From Camelus ferus (taxonomy: Eukaryota): a stretch of DNA of 64,000 bases. Position numbers and translations under genes: made by a program. The notes under the pieces are model-generated. The model searched no databases and was not told the DNA's origin. It worked only from the letters and a program-made list of their open reading frames with translations. Position 1 is the stretch's first letter. Each line of letters opens with the position of its first letter. The stretch covers positions 54,376,001 to 54,440,000 of the forward strand of contig NC_045697.1 of the NCBI RefSeq assembly GCF_009834535.1, in the 5' to 3' direction. Positions 51,228 to 64,000 of the stretch are shown here, in pieces.

Positions 51228-52224
51228 TATTATATGTATGTGTATGTTTGTATGAGTTTTATTTTTTGCATCACTGTTTCTGTTAGAATGCTTTCTGCTG
51301 TAATTAATAGAAATGACAGACTAGAGGTAGCATGTTTTTATGTTATAGGAATTCCAGAAGTAAGCATGCAGAGTTGGTTAATTCAGAGCTTTGAGTCATT
51401 TTCTCTGCTTCCACTAGGCTTTATTTTAGTGATTAGAAGTTAGTTGTCACCAATGAGAAGTCTCAAAGGCAGAAGGAAAAGGTGGCTTCTCACCCTGCAT
51501 CTCTCTTTCCCAGACCCCTCAGCACTTCCTCTGAAACTGGGCTACAATTGGAGCACATGACCACTCATAAACTAATCACTAGCAAAGGATAAAGGGATTA
51601 CCCCAAATACCTTAAGGGTATGTTTTATCTTCTGGAGAGCAGCACTCAATTTTCCTGAACATTTAATTCACCAGGTAACAAAAAACAAATTTTAATAAAA
51701 ATAAATAAATAACTATATACATATATATATGAATAAATATAAAAGTTCTTTTTTTCTCTCTTTTTTTCTTTTTTGTGAGAGCCTAAGGGAATGTTTTGAG
51801 GGTCAGAAGCCAGCAGTACCTGCCATAACCAAAATAAAATTAAGACTATGTAGACCACAGAGTTTAAATAGCACACAATTTAAATACAAAGCATAATGAC
51901 CAGATCAGTTCTTGGAACACAGTAAATTGCACAAAAAGTGTATCCCTCAGAGAAAGGAACCGATTTTATTGTTTTTCACAGTCTAAATCCGAACACTGTA
52001 AAACTCTAGTGGTTGGAATCTTCATCTGATGCAGAGAGGGCATAGTATAGTTTAGGCCCAATTACTGACTTTCTTGAGAATTCTTGTTCTCTGTTTTTTG
52101 TTTGTCCATTTTTATGATTAGTCCATTGGGTAAGAAATTTGCATAGATTTTTAAAATTCTAACTAGCACTTCAGATCCAGAGAGTAGTTGTCAAATAAGT
52201 TAATAATTAAACACGTGGCAACCT

Positions 52225-53998
52225 GGAGGGGATTTCTCACAGAGCTAAGAAAACTCAACTTCAAAGCTCCTCATTCACGCCACTCCCGAGGCCTGGGAAA
52301 AGAAGTCTTCACTGGTTATGTTTTTACAAAACTCACAAAATAGGATATTATAATTGCAGTTAGTTAAGACTAGCTCTTTCCACTTTTACTTGCCCTCTGC
52401 CACACTTCCCCGCTCAGATGAGGTACTGTTGGAACGGCCAAGGATACCTCTGGGATCCGGTCAAGGGGAACTTGAATTAGGGATATATTTACGTTGAATC
52501 TAGAGGGATACTAAGTGGTTCTTGGTCACTTTTATGCGTGGTTAAATCACTGCTAACCAGGACAGTAAGCTTCTAAGCATAGTACCAGATAAAATACTGT
52601 TACTCCTATACTGACTCACCTGGCACAGTGACAGGAAAGTGCAGGGCCAGAGGTCACATCATGATATAGATGAGTCTAGCCTTATGGCCACAGAACTACA
52701 TGGGTAGTGGAGGGGAAATCGGAGTATAAAATGTACAGAAGCTTGTCTATGGGAACTCTTTCATTTCTTAGCATATATACCCTGAAGTGATTCCCAGTAA
52801 GTCACACCCATATATAATCCCCTCTATGAGCAAGACGGAACATGTGACTTGCTTCCAACCATGCTTTTCCTATGGCAAAGATAATGGGAAGCCAATTCTT
52901 TGATTAAGTTACATAATAAGGCAAAGGCGATGGGATGTCACTCCCGTGACTTATATTTTATTATGTAAAACTCCATCTTGGCTGATTGGAGCCAGAAATT
53001 CTCCTGCTGCCCTTGAAGAAGCAAACAGCTATGTTGTGAGCTACCTTTGCAGAGGGTACATGGCAGGGAATTGTGGGTCACCTCTAGAACCTGAGGGTAG
53101 CCTCCATAGGACACCCAGTAAGAAGCTGCAGCCGTCAGTCATAACAGATGCAAAGAAATGAATTATGCCAACAACCTGTATAAGCCTGCAAGTGGATTCT
53201 TCCTTAGTCAAGCCTCCAGAGAAGAACACAGCCTGGCCAACATCCTACTTACAGCTCACTGACACCCTGAGCAGAATTCATGCCCAACATCCAGTCTCAT
53301 GCCTGGACTCCACACATTCAGAAACTGTGAGATAAATGCGTGTTGTTCCCAGTCACTATGTTTGTCGTAATTTATTATGCAGCAGTAGAAAACTAATATA
53401 CTTAACATGTAAAATTGTAAGAAAAGGATTGGGTCCTCATCAAATCCTAGTTAAAATAGAAATTCTCTCCTCTCAGAAATATACTCAACAAGGCAGCATA
53501 TACAATTATAAACTCCTACATTATTTTTCTTTCTGACTGGAAATGTACAATATACCAGAATTTCTGTGTTTGTAGGGCACAAAACCATAGCAGTACTAAA
53601 GCCAACAAGGACATATGTTTCATGCATCCCACTGTATCAGACTGAATGTTAGAATGTCATTACTGATAAAAAATTTTGAAATTGAAAGAAAACTTTAAAA
53701 ATCATCACTATATAAAACATTAGATTATGAAACATTGTTACATTAAGACATTATTAGGGAGTATGTAGCCAAAATAATTTAGGAGGAGAAGTACCTTAGA
53801 GTTATGTCAAACAATTAATGCTTAAAATTATTACATTATTTTTGGAGACTTTGCGATGTTTGTGGTATTTGTCAGATTTTTGTAATGTAATGTGATTTCT
53901 TTTTTCATTCTAACAAAATATTTTTTATACCCAATTATGTATTATAGAGAGCCTTCAAAATTGTAAAAAATCAGGCCCCAGAAAACATGAATCCTCCT
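52225..53998. mobile_element. hAT-Tip100 (Arthur1-like) DNA transposon relic split by a MaLR LTR
   Basis: Start ggaggggatttctcacagagctaag and end tcaggccccagaaaacatgaatcc resemble recalled Arthur1 termini. Confidence 0.45.
52775..53400 (+). mobile_element. MaLR solo LTR (MLT1E/F-like)
   Basis: ccttgaagaagcaaacagctatgttgtgag...gaaatgaattatgccaacaacctg...cagaaactgtgagataa...gcagcagtagaaaactaata. Confidence 0.8.
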
Positions 53999-55069
53999 GA
54001 TAGGAACTAAGCCTCTACATTATTTCTACTACCGCTTCTCACTTTCCAAATTTATAAACTAGTTCTGATAAAAATATTCAAATCTTATTTTCTTGCCAAA
54101 TTCACTATCCCAATGATCTCTTCAGAAAGCTAGACTTGCTAGAATGAGGTCCCACCTTACTCTTTCCATTCTAATGCCTCCTCTCCATTAGAATGGGACT
54201 GAAGTCTGTTCCTAAACCAATTTAAACTAAGGAGGACATGCTATTTGATTTCAGGAATCTCTGCTGCAAACTATATACTGGTCTGTGTGTCAAAATCTCT
54301 AATGTTCCCTGCTTTTATAGATTTCTAATTACTATGGTCTACCCACCTGATAGGATGAGACTTTCTGTGATCTCATCCATTGCTTCCTCTATCACTAGTT
54401 CATCTCCTGAATTTCCCATTATCTTTCACTAAACATCTTGGACACATTCTACTTTCTAGGCTGCACTCAGCATCTTTACTTACAACTGGCTCCTCTACAA
54501 CAATTGCTTGCCCCAGCTGGTGTAGTTGCCAGGACTAAGTTCACAAGGTCTTCCCAAGTCCATTGCAGATAACAATCCCATAACCAGCTATTTGGCAAAA
54601 TACAACCACCATCAGAATAGCACGATCAAATTCAATAAAAAGTAGACCCCAAAGAAATAGAATGCAGGAACTGACAAAGATTTATCAGAAGAGAGCTCTC
54701 TCAACTTCCCACTAATAAACCTTCCTAAACTATATTCTGTTCTCTGTGTGCTCCTATTACAATGGAAAATTTGTCCCTGCTCCTCTTAAAAGCCAATCCC
54801 TCCCTTTGTGTTGTGGATAACTTTCCCTCTCACCTCTCAAGGACATCATTTCTTCAGCTATTCCATTTTCCTCCTACAACATCAATTTCCCCCTTTCTAT
54901 TGAATCATTTCCCACTGGCATATGATAATACTTTTTATCTCACATTTTAAAAAAGTCTTCCTCAGCTATATATTCCATTTCAGCTTCATCTGCCACAATC
55001 CATTTCTCTACTCTCCTTCCCAGAAAACTCAAGAGTTGACCACACCTGATAACTCTTCTTTACTTCCCT

Positions 55070-55253
55070 TTTTTAATTTTTAAAAAAATTTTATTTAAGT
55101 ATAGTTGATTTACAATGTGTTAATTTCTGGTGTGCAGCAAAATGATTATTACATATATATATTCTTTTTCATTATAGGTTATTACAAGATACTGAGTGTA
55201 GTTCCCTGTGCTAGACAGTAGAACCTTGTTGTTTATCTACTTATATATAGTAG
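55070..55253 (-). mobile_element. L1 3' end, antisense, with target-site duplication
   Basis: aagtatagttgatttacaatg...gttccctgtgct; flanked by ttccctttt on both sides. Confidence 0.75.
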
Positions 55254-58055
55254 TTCCCTTTTCATCGTCAACACCTATCACCTTGTAGTCTATCCTTAGC
55301 ATTCCAGTGAAACTCTAGTCAAGGTCACCAAAGACAAACCTACTATCAAAACTAATGATGCTTTTTCTGTTCTTGACTTACTGTAATGTTCATCAATATT
55401 CAAACAGTTCAAACCTGAGCACCTATGAGGAGCTCAGGTGAAGGAGGACTGAGCCATATCTCAGAGAATACTGGAGTGGCAGGAGATGAAAGAGAAGGTT
55501 TGACTTGAGAGAAACCACATGACAAGGAGGTGGGTTGGGAAATTGTCAAGCATCAGGAAGCTACATGGAAGATTAATTGGTGTCTGAAGGCTATCCCTCC
55601 CTCTTTGGGTGAGTAAATCACACTGCCCTCATGGAGAAGCCCCACTGCTGTTTTTCTTATCACTATCTGGTGATGTCCTTCCTTTTTCAGAGATCAGCAT
55701 AATATCCCTTGGCCATTCATGAAAACAGTCTTTATCCTAAAACAGTGCTGAACCATCTGAGTAACTATTCTGGGTGGAAATCCAATTTTCATCAGTCTAG
55801 TATTATTTTTAATTCCCCTGAAAAGAGGGTGTGGTAATTCCTTGACAAATTAAGGAGAAAGCCCAGCATCAATCCTTGAGTGGAACTGGACAGTGGTGAA
55901 TTCTTATACCAATTCATTTCCCACTAGAGACACCCCTCTTAGCTCTGTGAAACCATCTGCTCTTGGTTTCTCTCCTATCTCACCAGAAGTTCTTGCTCAG
56001 TTTCATTTTTTTCTCCTTCTCTTCTACCTAATAATTATATGGGCTCACATCTAGGGATTCCTGGTTTGTCTGTCTACCTTCTCCCCCTTGGGGATACCGC
56101 TCAGTCCTCTGTACATGGGTATGTATATATGTGTGTATATACACATTTATACACACATGCACACATATGCACAGATGTATATATTACAAAATTTATATAT
56201 TTAGCTCAGACTTCTCTGAGCTACAAATTCATAGATCCAAATTTCTACTTGATTTCTCTATATGCATATTTTACTCGACATATCTTTATTATGTTATAAT
56301 GAACTCTATTTCTTCCCTAAATCATTTTCTCATGCATTCTTCCCACCTCAGTGATGTCACCAAAATCTACCCAGTTTGTTCAAGACAAAACCCAGAATTC
56401 ATTCTTAATTTATCTCTCCCTGTTTTCTTACATTCAATCGATCAGTAAATCTAGTCTGCAAAACATTTTCCAAATCTGCCCATTTCCCTGTCTCTATTGT
56501 CATTGATCTAACCTAATCTATTATTACCTCTCTCAACCTGATTGGAGCCACAAATTTCTCATAAATTCCTCTTGTTCTGCTATAATCTATTCTCCACAAA
56601 GTAGACAGAATGCTCTTTTTTGACATACAATTAAAATGTCACTCCTTTAATGACTCTGCATCTCACCTGAAACAAAGTCCAAATTTCTTAACTTGTTCTT
56701 CTAGATTAATTCTGAATGATCAATTCTAGCTTCAGGTTGAGAGGCTATGGGACATTGACAGTTTAACATTTTTCCTTCTCAGAAAAAGATGGAATTAATA
56801 TAATATCATCATTGTTCCTTAAGAGTGACACAGAAACACCTACACTGCAATTCAAGGAAATATATATATGTATAATATATACTTTATGTATTTATAATTT
56901 TGTATATATGTACATATATAAGCTAAGAGAAAGGAAATATGTAAGCTCTGTAAAATTCTTTGATATTTCTGTGTGTATAGGCAAGTTTGCTGCCTTAATG
57001 TTTCTATTAAGTAATAGAAAGGAATCATATCTTTATCAATTAGAACACTTTAAACTAGAAAAATGAGAAACACAGTTGAAAAGGGCTGAAACAAAAAAGA
57101 CACTATTTCACATAACAATCAATCCAAAGGTTAGTTGATTTAGAGTTCCAGTGAATTTAGGATTTTGGCATATGTACTACATCAGTTTTTGATCTCAGGC
57201 TTGTCCACTACTGTCAGGAAAAACATGTAACAAACAGCTGCAAGAGTCATCTCCTCATAGAACAAGTCCAGAGACACAAAAGGGAATATTTCCTTGCTGT
57301 GTCTGTTCTTATTAACAGGGAGAATCTTAAAGACAAAACAAAACAAAAAACGAGGAGAATCTTCTTCAGTAACTCATCTTGTTATCCTGCCCCTCACTTA
57401 TATTCCTGAATTGTCTAACACGCCAATGCCTAAGCCAGTCCACTCCGTGGAGATTGGAATCATGACTATTTTAGATCACTCATAACTCAGTATCTAGGAT
57501 TTGGGAGAAATCTAGATTTCCATGAAGCTCATGACAGCCCTGTATCTGAACAAAATTGATACTCTGTTAGCAAGAAAGAAGGGAGAACTCTTAACAAGAA
57601 AGAAAAGGTATGGTGTCTGCCAAATTGCCTTTCAGCAATTTGAATGACTAAAGAGGTTGGAATTAGATGTCATCAGTGACCATCATTTTTGTCCAGTAGA
57701 ATTATTAAAAGTGATGCCAGCATCTCCCACCTTGAAGCAATCACCATATCTATCCATGAAACTTGGTGGTAGTGAATCTGTTTCTACTTCTTGCCTATCC
57801 CTTTCATCCTGAATTGTCCAAGATTTGGAAATAAGCATGAAATCTCATGAGAATTCATGCAAGTAATTTAATCTATTGTTATTATTATTACTTAATATTA
57901 TCTTTAATTGATAATAAAGAATCTGTAGGAAAACTCTTTTGAGTAGTGTTTATCTTTTGGCATCCTAAAATTGTCATTTCACTAATTATTAAAAACAGAT
58001 ACCTCTCTTCCTACCTTATTAGAGATGATAACCTTTGCTTCCTCTGTCTACCACT

Positions 58056-58903
58056 CTGCATTAAAGCATCCTTAACCACATTGGTGAGGTTATTGTCCAG
58101 ATTAGAAATACCTGCTGGGAGCTCTACTGCCTGGAATATAAAAATCAGCCTCCCATCAAAAGCCCAGTGATAAGAGCATTGTGAGAGATGGCTCCTTCAA
58201 CACCACCTTCAGTGAGACTAGTGTTGTCGAGTATGTCCCCACAAAACTGTGTATAGACCAAAAACTATTTGTAAGAGATGGAAGTCTCCCTAGGATGCCA
58301 TCACTGGCAAAGATGTTGCAAATAGCTGTGCCTCTAGGCACTACACCATTGAAAAGGAAATCAATGACCTAGTGTTAGGATTCAGAAGCTAGTTGACCTA
58401 AGTATAGGTCTTCAGGCTATCTTAGACTTCTGCTGGTTGGTTGTAAAGCCAGTCTCTTTCTCCTACCTGCTGATAGTTGATTATAGGAATAGAGTTATCT
58501 GTTACCCAGCTTCTTAGTTTTTCTTAGCTGTAGCTAAAGTCTTCAACTTCAGCCACCCTGGAGCATTATGACTGTGCTTTTATATAAGATAATAGGGCTA
58601 TCTATATTTGTGTAGAAACGTTGATATCAAGCATCCAGTATACAATAACCTTAACCACATTTTCAACAGGATTGTATCCTCCATCACTGCTTCCTTCAGA
58701 TTTTATGGTGCCTTGAATATTTACATGAAAGAATTTCACACCAACTTGTTCTCTATCTCCACACCTACCTCCCTCTGTCCACATATATTCCAGTTATCTT
58801 TGTGAGGAAAACCAACCACAAACATTTTCTGTAGCGGAAATTACTAATGCTTGCTCTGAGTTAACCAACATGTGACCCTTGACATGGTAAATATATGGCA
58901 TGT
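58056..58903 (+). pseudogene. Decayed processed alpha-tubulin pseudogene (about codons 1-315)
   Basis: gtccagattagaaatacctgctgggagctctactgcctggaa ~ VQIGNACWELYCLE; SFNTTFSET ~ SFNTFFSET; cactacaccattgaaaaggaaatc ~ [24 protein letters not shown] ~ [16 protein letters not shown]; tgtgacccttgacatggtaaatatatggcatgt ~ CDPRHGKYMAC. Colinear and intronless, with stops, frameshifts and deletions. Confidence 0.93.
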
Positions 58904-59088
58904 CTAAAGCCAGGATGCAGAGTATAAAATGACATCAAAGCCAGGAGGAATGGGACTGCAAATAAACTAAGGAAACAGAAACAAAAGATTAATGCAACAT
59001 CAGTGCAGCCCAGAACTCAGTAAGGAAAGCCATATTGAAAAGGGGTTTAGAAGTAACCCAAAGTGTAAGTTAGAGGAAGTGAGTTAGA

Positions 59089-59268
59089 GCAGTGCAAAAT
59101 ATGGTCCTAGGGCTAGCAGCACACACATTAACATGGAACTTACTAGAAATGCAAATTCTCGGCCCTTACCTAAGCGTACTGAAGGAGAAATGCTAGTGTG
59201 GGGTCCAACAATCTGCTTTAACAGGCAAACCACGAGATTCTGATGTGTGCTTAAGTTTGATGCTCTCC
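59089..59268. mobile_element. MER5A-type hAT-Charlie element
   Basis: gaacttactagaaatgcaaattctcggccc...aatctgctttaaca...gattctgatg...aagtttga. Confidence 0.75.
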
Positions 59269-60414
59269 AGGCTAGAGGTTCTAGCTATCAAACTAAAGAT
59301 GAGAAAACAAGCCAAAGATGAGAAGGGAGATGATCTGAACATTGTTTCAGTCAAGAAAAAAGATGTGAAATGCAACAGTATAGTTGAGGAAGCAACTGCC
59401 TCTAGGGTGACTAGTGACTGTGGCTGAATTTGGATCTCTGGAATGGGGCTTTGAACGTCCTCTTTCATAAACAAGCTGAGTTGCCTTTATCACTCAGTTT
59501 GGGCAGATTCTGATCATTTACAGAATATTGCCAAGAAAGCCACACAAACATGAAGCCCTGCTTAGGGATTTTCAGGTTTGTCATCTGTTTTCTATCAAAT
59601 ATCAGAAGGTTAACTTAGGAGCGTGATTTATTATATTTTACCTCTAGTCACTGTTGCATAAGCGGTTAAGTTAAACAATAAAGTGTCTTGGGAAACTATA
59701 TTTCAATCTTTAATCTATGATGATTTGTCTTTTTATTGCTCCATTGGCAATTTTTCAAAACATTTTAGGAAAATGTGATATACACATATTCTAATTCATA
59801 GTCGATTTAGGGGTGTAATTATTCACATTTTGAAATAGTTTATTTCCGTTATAAGGAATTCCCTCTGGGTTCTTCTAAACAGCCCTCTTCAAGCCAGTTC
59901 AAATGTTACTGCAACACCTTTGGACAAAGAAGCATTCTTCAAAACTCAGAAGGTTGACTGCTTTCCAACCATGTTTGAAGGCCTGGCCTCAGGGTCAGTA
60001 CTTCCCGTTATTTATGATATGAAACAGGTGTTCCAATTGTCTGGCTCTGGGCATAATATACTAGAAAAATACTCAGCAAAGTTCTAGTCGTGGCTCTGCA
60101 CCTGCAAGGATATGAATTTATCCAATACATTTAACCTCTTTATCTCTTTGAATCATCCTCTGTAAAACAATGGGGTTGTATATTTAGATGACTGCTAAGT
60201 ATCCTTTCTGTGCTAATAGTCAATTACTTAGGAATATGAAGTTGAAGATGCATGTAAATAGCCTCTGTAATTATGAAACACAACATAGTTGATTTTGATT
60301 ATCTTTATAATTTATGATGTAAACTATTTAATTTACAGAAATCCAATTTGCACATAAAGTTTCAGGAAGATATTCATTATAATTTACACTTACATAATGA
60401 TCAAGACGGGGCAA

Positions 60415-60675
60415 TTCTAAATGTATTGTGGTATCCTGGATTTTCTGGATCCATACAGAAAAAAGGACATTAGTGAAAAACTGGTGAAATGCAATAAAAT
60501 ATATAGCTAGTTAATAGTACTGTACCAATGTTAATTTCTTAGTTTTGACAAATGTACCATGATTTTGTAAGATGTTATCATTAGAGGAAGCTGAGTGAAG
60601 TATATACAGAAATTGTTTTACCTTTGAAATTTTCTGTAGATCTAAAAGTATCCAAAATAAAGATTTTAAAATAAA
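60415..60675 (+). mobile_element. Old L1M 3' end
   Basis: gaaaaaaggacattagtgaaaaactggtgaaat...aatgttaatttcttagttttgacaaatgtacca...A-rich end. Confidence 0.7.
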
Positions 60676-61431
60676 ATTATTGTGCTATGCCTTGAGAATG
60701 TAACTGCATTCATATATACATACATATAAAAACACATGCAGCACAGGGACAACAGAAATGAAGGAAAGAGACAGTGGCTCTTTGACAGATCATAATAGAG
60801 GAGAGTGCATCAAGAAACCACAGAAATCAAGCCACCATATTTTTTTAACACTATATCAAAGCAACAACAACAAAAAAGGGAGCTCTCTATTGTTAGAAAA
60901 ATTTTCCTGAAATCTGTAAGGAAGGAAAAATGAGTTTGAACTGAAAAAGTAAAAATCTGCTTTGCCATTCATCAGGTATAAATAATAAACACAGATAAAG
61001 CCAGCTGTAAAGATAACAGAAAATAGTATTTCGCCCAATAATCTGCTGTAAATTGTCACCAAGAAGCCACACTTCGTGTAAGTGCTGAATTTTTCCTCAC
61101 AGAAAAACCCTATCTCTAAAATAATAAACTGTCAAAAAGAACTTGCTCTTTGAAATCCTTTCATTGAAATTGAAATATCCCATTCTTGGCTAAATGATCT
61201 AAGTTATAATGACACAGAGAAACAGCCTCTACTTGTAGAACTTCAGAAAGGAGTTTGTAGACACATTTCCCACCAATTTTAACTCTGTAGATTCCAAGAA
61301 AACAGCACCCTGGGTCCATGTTGCAGTCCAGCCTAACATAGATCCCTTTACATACAGTCTCGCTTTCTTTTAAGTCTATCAAAATGCTACTTCAAACCTG
61401 TGAAGAAATGTGGGTGTTAGATGAAACTTGG

Positions 61432-61852
61432 TATGTTCATTTTCCATTGCTGTATACCAAATTACCATAAACACAGTGGCTTAAAAAATACAAATTTATT
61501 ATCTCACAGTTCTCAGGTCAGAACTGGGGACCCATTATAGCTGGGTTCTCTGCCCAGGGCCTCCCAAGGTTGAAATCAAGGTATTAGCTTACTCGCTCTG
61601 TTCTGGAACTTGGGGTCTTCCAAGTTCATACATGTGTTGACCAAATTTAGTTCCTTGCAGCTGTAGGCCAAGGTTCCCTTCTCATACTGGCTGGTAGCTG
61701 GAGGCCACTCTCAGCTCCTAGAGGACATTTCCATTCCTTTCCATGTGGTCCCTTCCCTTTTCAAAGCCAGCAATGGAGTTCTTTCGCACATCAAATTCCT
61801 CCTCACATTTTGAATCTCTTTCTCTGGGAAAAGCCCAGTCTCTCTTAAAGGT
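61432..61852 (-). mobile_element. MaLR LTR (MLT1-like), antisense
   Basis: ttgctgtataccaaattaccataaac...tggcttaaaa...tttattatctcacagttct...cttttcaaagccagcaatgg. Confidence 0.75.
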
Positions 61853-62989
61853 AGAAATATATACTAAAAGGTGACAAATCCTACAAAAGAAAAATTGTAA
61901 GTATACACTTGCTTTTCCCTCTGAGTAGACTGCTCTTCTGATAAGATATTCACAGGACTCGCATCATTTAGATTTTAGCTCAAATTGTCACTTCTTCAAA
62001 GAGTCCATCTTTGACTACTTTATCCAAAATTTTCTCCCTCCTCCTCCCCAAGTCTCTTTCCATCTCCTTATCGGTTTCAAATTTTCTTCATCATATTTAC
62101 TATCTGATGTTATTTTTTCATTTATTTCCCACCTTTTTTGGCTTCCCACAATGAGATTGATGAAATCAGGGATCACTGTATTTCTATCACCTGATTATTG
62201 TCTAGTCATTAGGTCCTAATGTTTATTTGGCATTCAATAAATGTTTAGGAAGGAAAGAAATAGGGAAAAGAAATTAGAGGGAGGGCCATAGAAATATGTC
62301 ATAATTTGTGGGGTGGATGAAAGATATTTATATCTATTAGCTTTAGAATAAAGAGAACAGGCAGCAGATGAATCTAGTGCCAGAGCAGAATCTTGAAAGA
62401 ATGGGACATAGACCAGTTCATTCTCAAGATTTTGTGGAAAAGGTACACAACTTGATCGAGAAACCTGAAGGATGACATCTGTGAGCAGCATGAAATTTCC
62501 AGATATTTGGAGATGTGCAGTTTTGAAAGGAGAATGGAGAGGTACACATTCTTACTGTTTCGTAAGAACGGTGAAAGAGGAGTCAATGGAAAGAGCATCA
62601 GATGAGAAGTTCTTAGACACATGTTCTAGTACTTAATCCGACAAAAGTCACTTACACTGACCCAAAGTTCCTGCCCCTCACACATAAACTGAAGAGGGCA
62701 ACCTAGATGACATAATGTCATTAACAACTCTAAAAATCACATGATTCTATAAAATCCGTGATAAGTATTAGAAGTCCGAAATTATTTGTTAAACGTATAA
62801 CGTCTTAAAATAAAATCCCAGACTAGAAATCGGAAGTTAACTTATTAATAGCCTTCGCTTTTTTTTAATTTATAAAATGAAAGGGTTTTTTCCCCTTCCT
62901 ATACAACTCTTAAAGATTTTGATACGCAAACCCATCACTTCGCTGGCCACTGGAATCCTCTGGGTACCTTCAGCGCTTGGTTCCGTTTA

Positions 62990-63710
62990 CAGGTACCAGA
63001 CCCCCGCCGCAGCGCTGCCGCTCACGGCGGCCACCTGCAGCAAAGCCGGCCCAACGGCCACACCCAAACCGGAAGCCAGGACGCCCCTGGGCTTGACGGG
63101 AAGGCAGGGCTCAGCAGCGCGCTCCCAGACCCGCCCCCTCCGGTGACGTCACCGCCCCTTGACCTCGCGGTCCCGCCCCCTTCCCTACCTCCCGGTAGCC
63201 AGCGGCGGCTGCGTCTCAGGAGACGATGGAGGGACCCCAGGCAGTGGCCGCACCTCAGGGACAAGAGGCGTCCTGCTCCTCTTGGGGAGCCGGCAGGTGA
63301 GAGGATGAGTGTGGGCGCGAAGAAGCAAGGCGTGGCGGGCAGGACCCCGGCGCCGGCTTTCTGCTTGTTCCCCTGTTTAGGCAGGGAGCGCGCGAGAGGC
63401 CTCGGGGCCGGGCGGAGCCGGCGCCGGGCGGCGAGGGGAGCGCGCGGGGTAGGTGTGGCGTCGTGGGCTCCGGCCTCTACTGCTCCCCGGTCAGCTGAGG
63501 AGAAGGTCCACTTTTCGCCCCTTTTGGCGCTTTCTCAGTACCAGTGGGGTCGGCCATCCTCCTTCCTCCCAGTCGCCGGACGTGGGGGGAGGGAGGGGCT
63601 CCCGCGGAGAGTTGTGGCCCGGGTCGCTTGGACTGAGCTTTCCAGCCCTGGTGCCAAACACCTTCTTCCTTCCTTTCGGTAAGTGAAAGCTAGGCGCTCC
63701 ACTGTGCGCG
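62990..63710. promoter_or_regulatory. UBA6: CpG island / UBA6 promoter
   Basis: Abrupt GC- and CpG-rich block; palindromic CRE at 63141-63154; ETS core CCGGAAG at 63069-63075; GC boxes at ~63130 and ~63172; no obvious TATA box. Confidence 0.92.
63226..63296 (+). CDS. UBA6: Ubiquitin/FAT10-activating E1 enzyme UBA6, first coding exon MEGPQAVAAPQGQEASCSSWGAG(S)
   Basis: Strong Kozak acgATGG, donor CAG|gtgaga, 71 nt; matches the recalled human N-terminus MEGSEPVAAHQGEEASCSSWGTGS; syntenic with GNRHR. Confidence 0.95.
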
Positions 63711-64000
63711 ATCCTCCACTGGGATCCTCCTTTGAAAACTATTACCAGAGGGAACTTGTTAATAATGAATCAGTGGTAGTCAGGGCATCCTGAGGCTTCT
63801 GCTGACTACACTTAAAAAAAAAAATCTAGGAAAAAAACAGGAGTTACCCATTATTTCCCAATTGGTATTGAGGTTCTTTATGTCTTTTCCACTTCTGCAA
63901 AAATAGGGGGGAAGCGTTCCTGTATTTCCTGCTTCAATCATTTCATAATTAATAAAACGGATAGTTACATTCCGCTCACTACCAGAATACAGTACGCCTA

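Noticed and set aside
63143..63682. 179-aa ORF and neighbouring ORFs in the CpG island
   Set aside because: GTG start, low-complexity Arg/Pro/Gly sequence typical of stop-poor GC-rich DNA; the real CDS is the 71-nt UBA6 exon in a different frame.

Overview
Mammalian genomic DNA, AT-rich and repeat-dense. It is most likely from a camelid, judged by two tRNA-derived SINEs of the camelid vic-1 type. Three protein-coding genes lie on the + strand in the conserved order TMPRSS11C -> GNRHR -> UBA6. (1) Seven 3' coding exons (8065-31298) of a type II transmembrane serine protease of the HAT/DESC family splice in frame with an intact H-D-S triad; the best match is TMPRSS11C, and the 5' exons were not found in the window. 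(2) The complete 3-exon, 328-aa tail-less type I GnRH receptor (35388-48017) with recognisable promoter elements. (3) The CpG-island promoter and first coding exon of UBA6 (63226-63296). A decayed intronless alpha-tubulin retrocopy sits at ~58056-58903. The rest is L1, L2, MIR, MaLR, hAT and Tigger relics and microsatellites; repeat names and boundaries are by eye and approximate. I found no wholly new biological system. The best leads are: the intact TMPRSS11C, a preserved internal acceptor plus 75-codon alternative frame in GNRHR, unusual GnRHR residues (Asp191 and others), the tubulin retrocopy, and 5'-inverted L1 insertions. Comparisons with human, mouse and pig sequences are from memory and need database confirmation.
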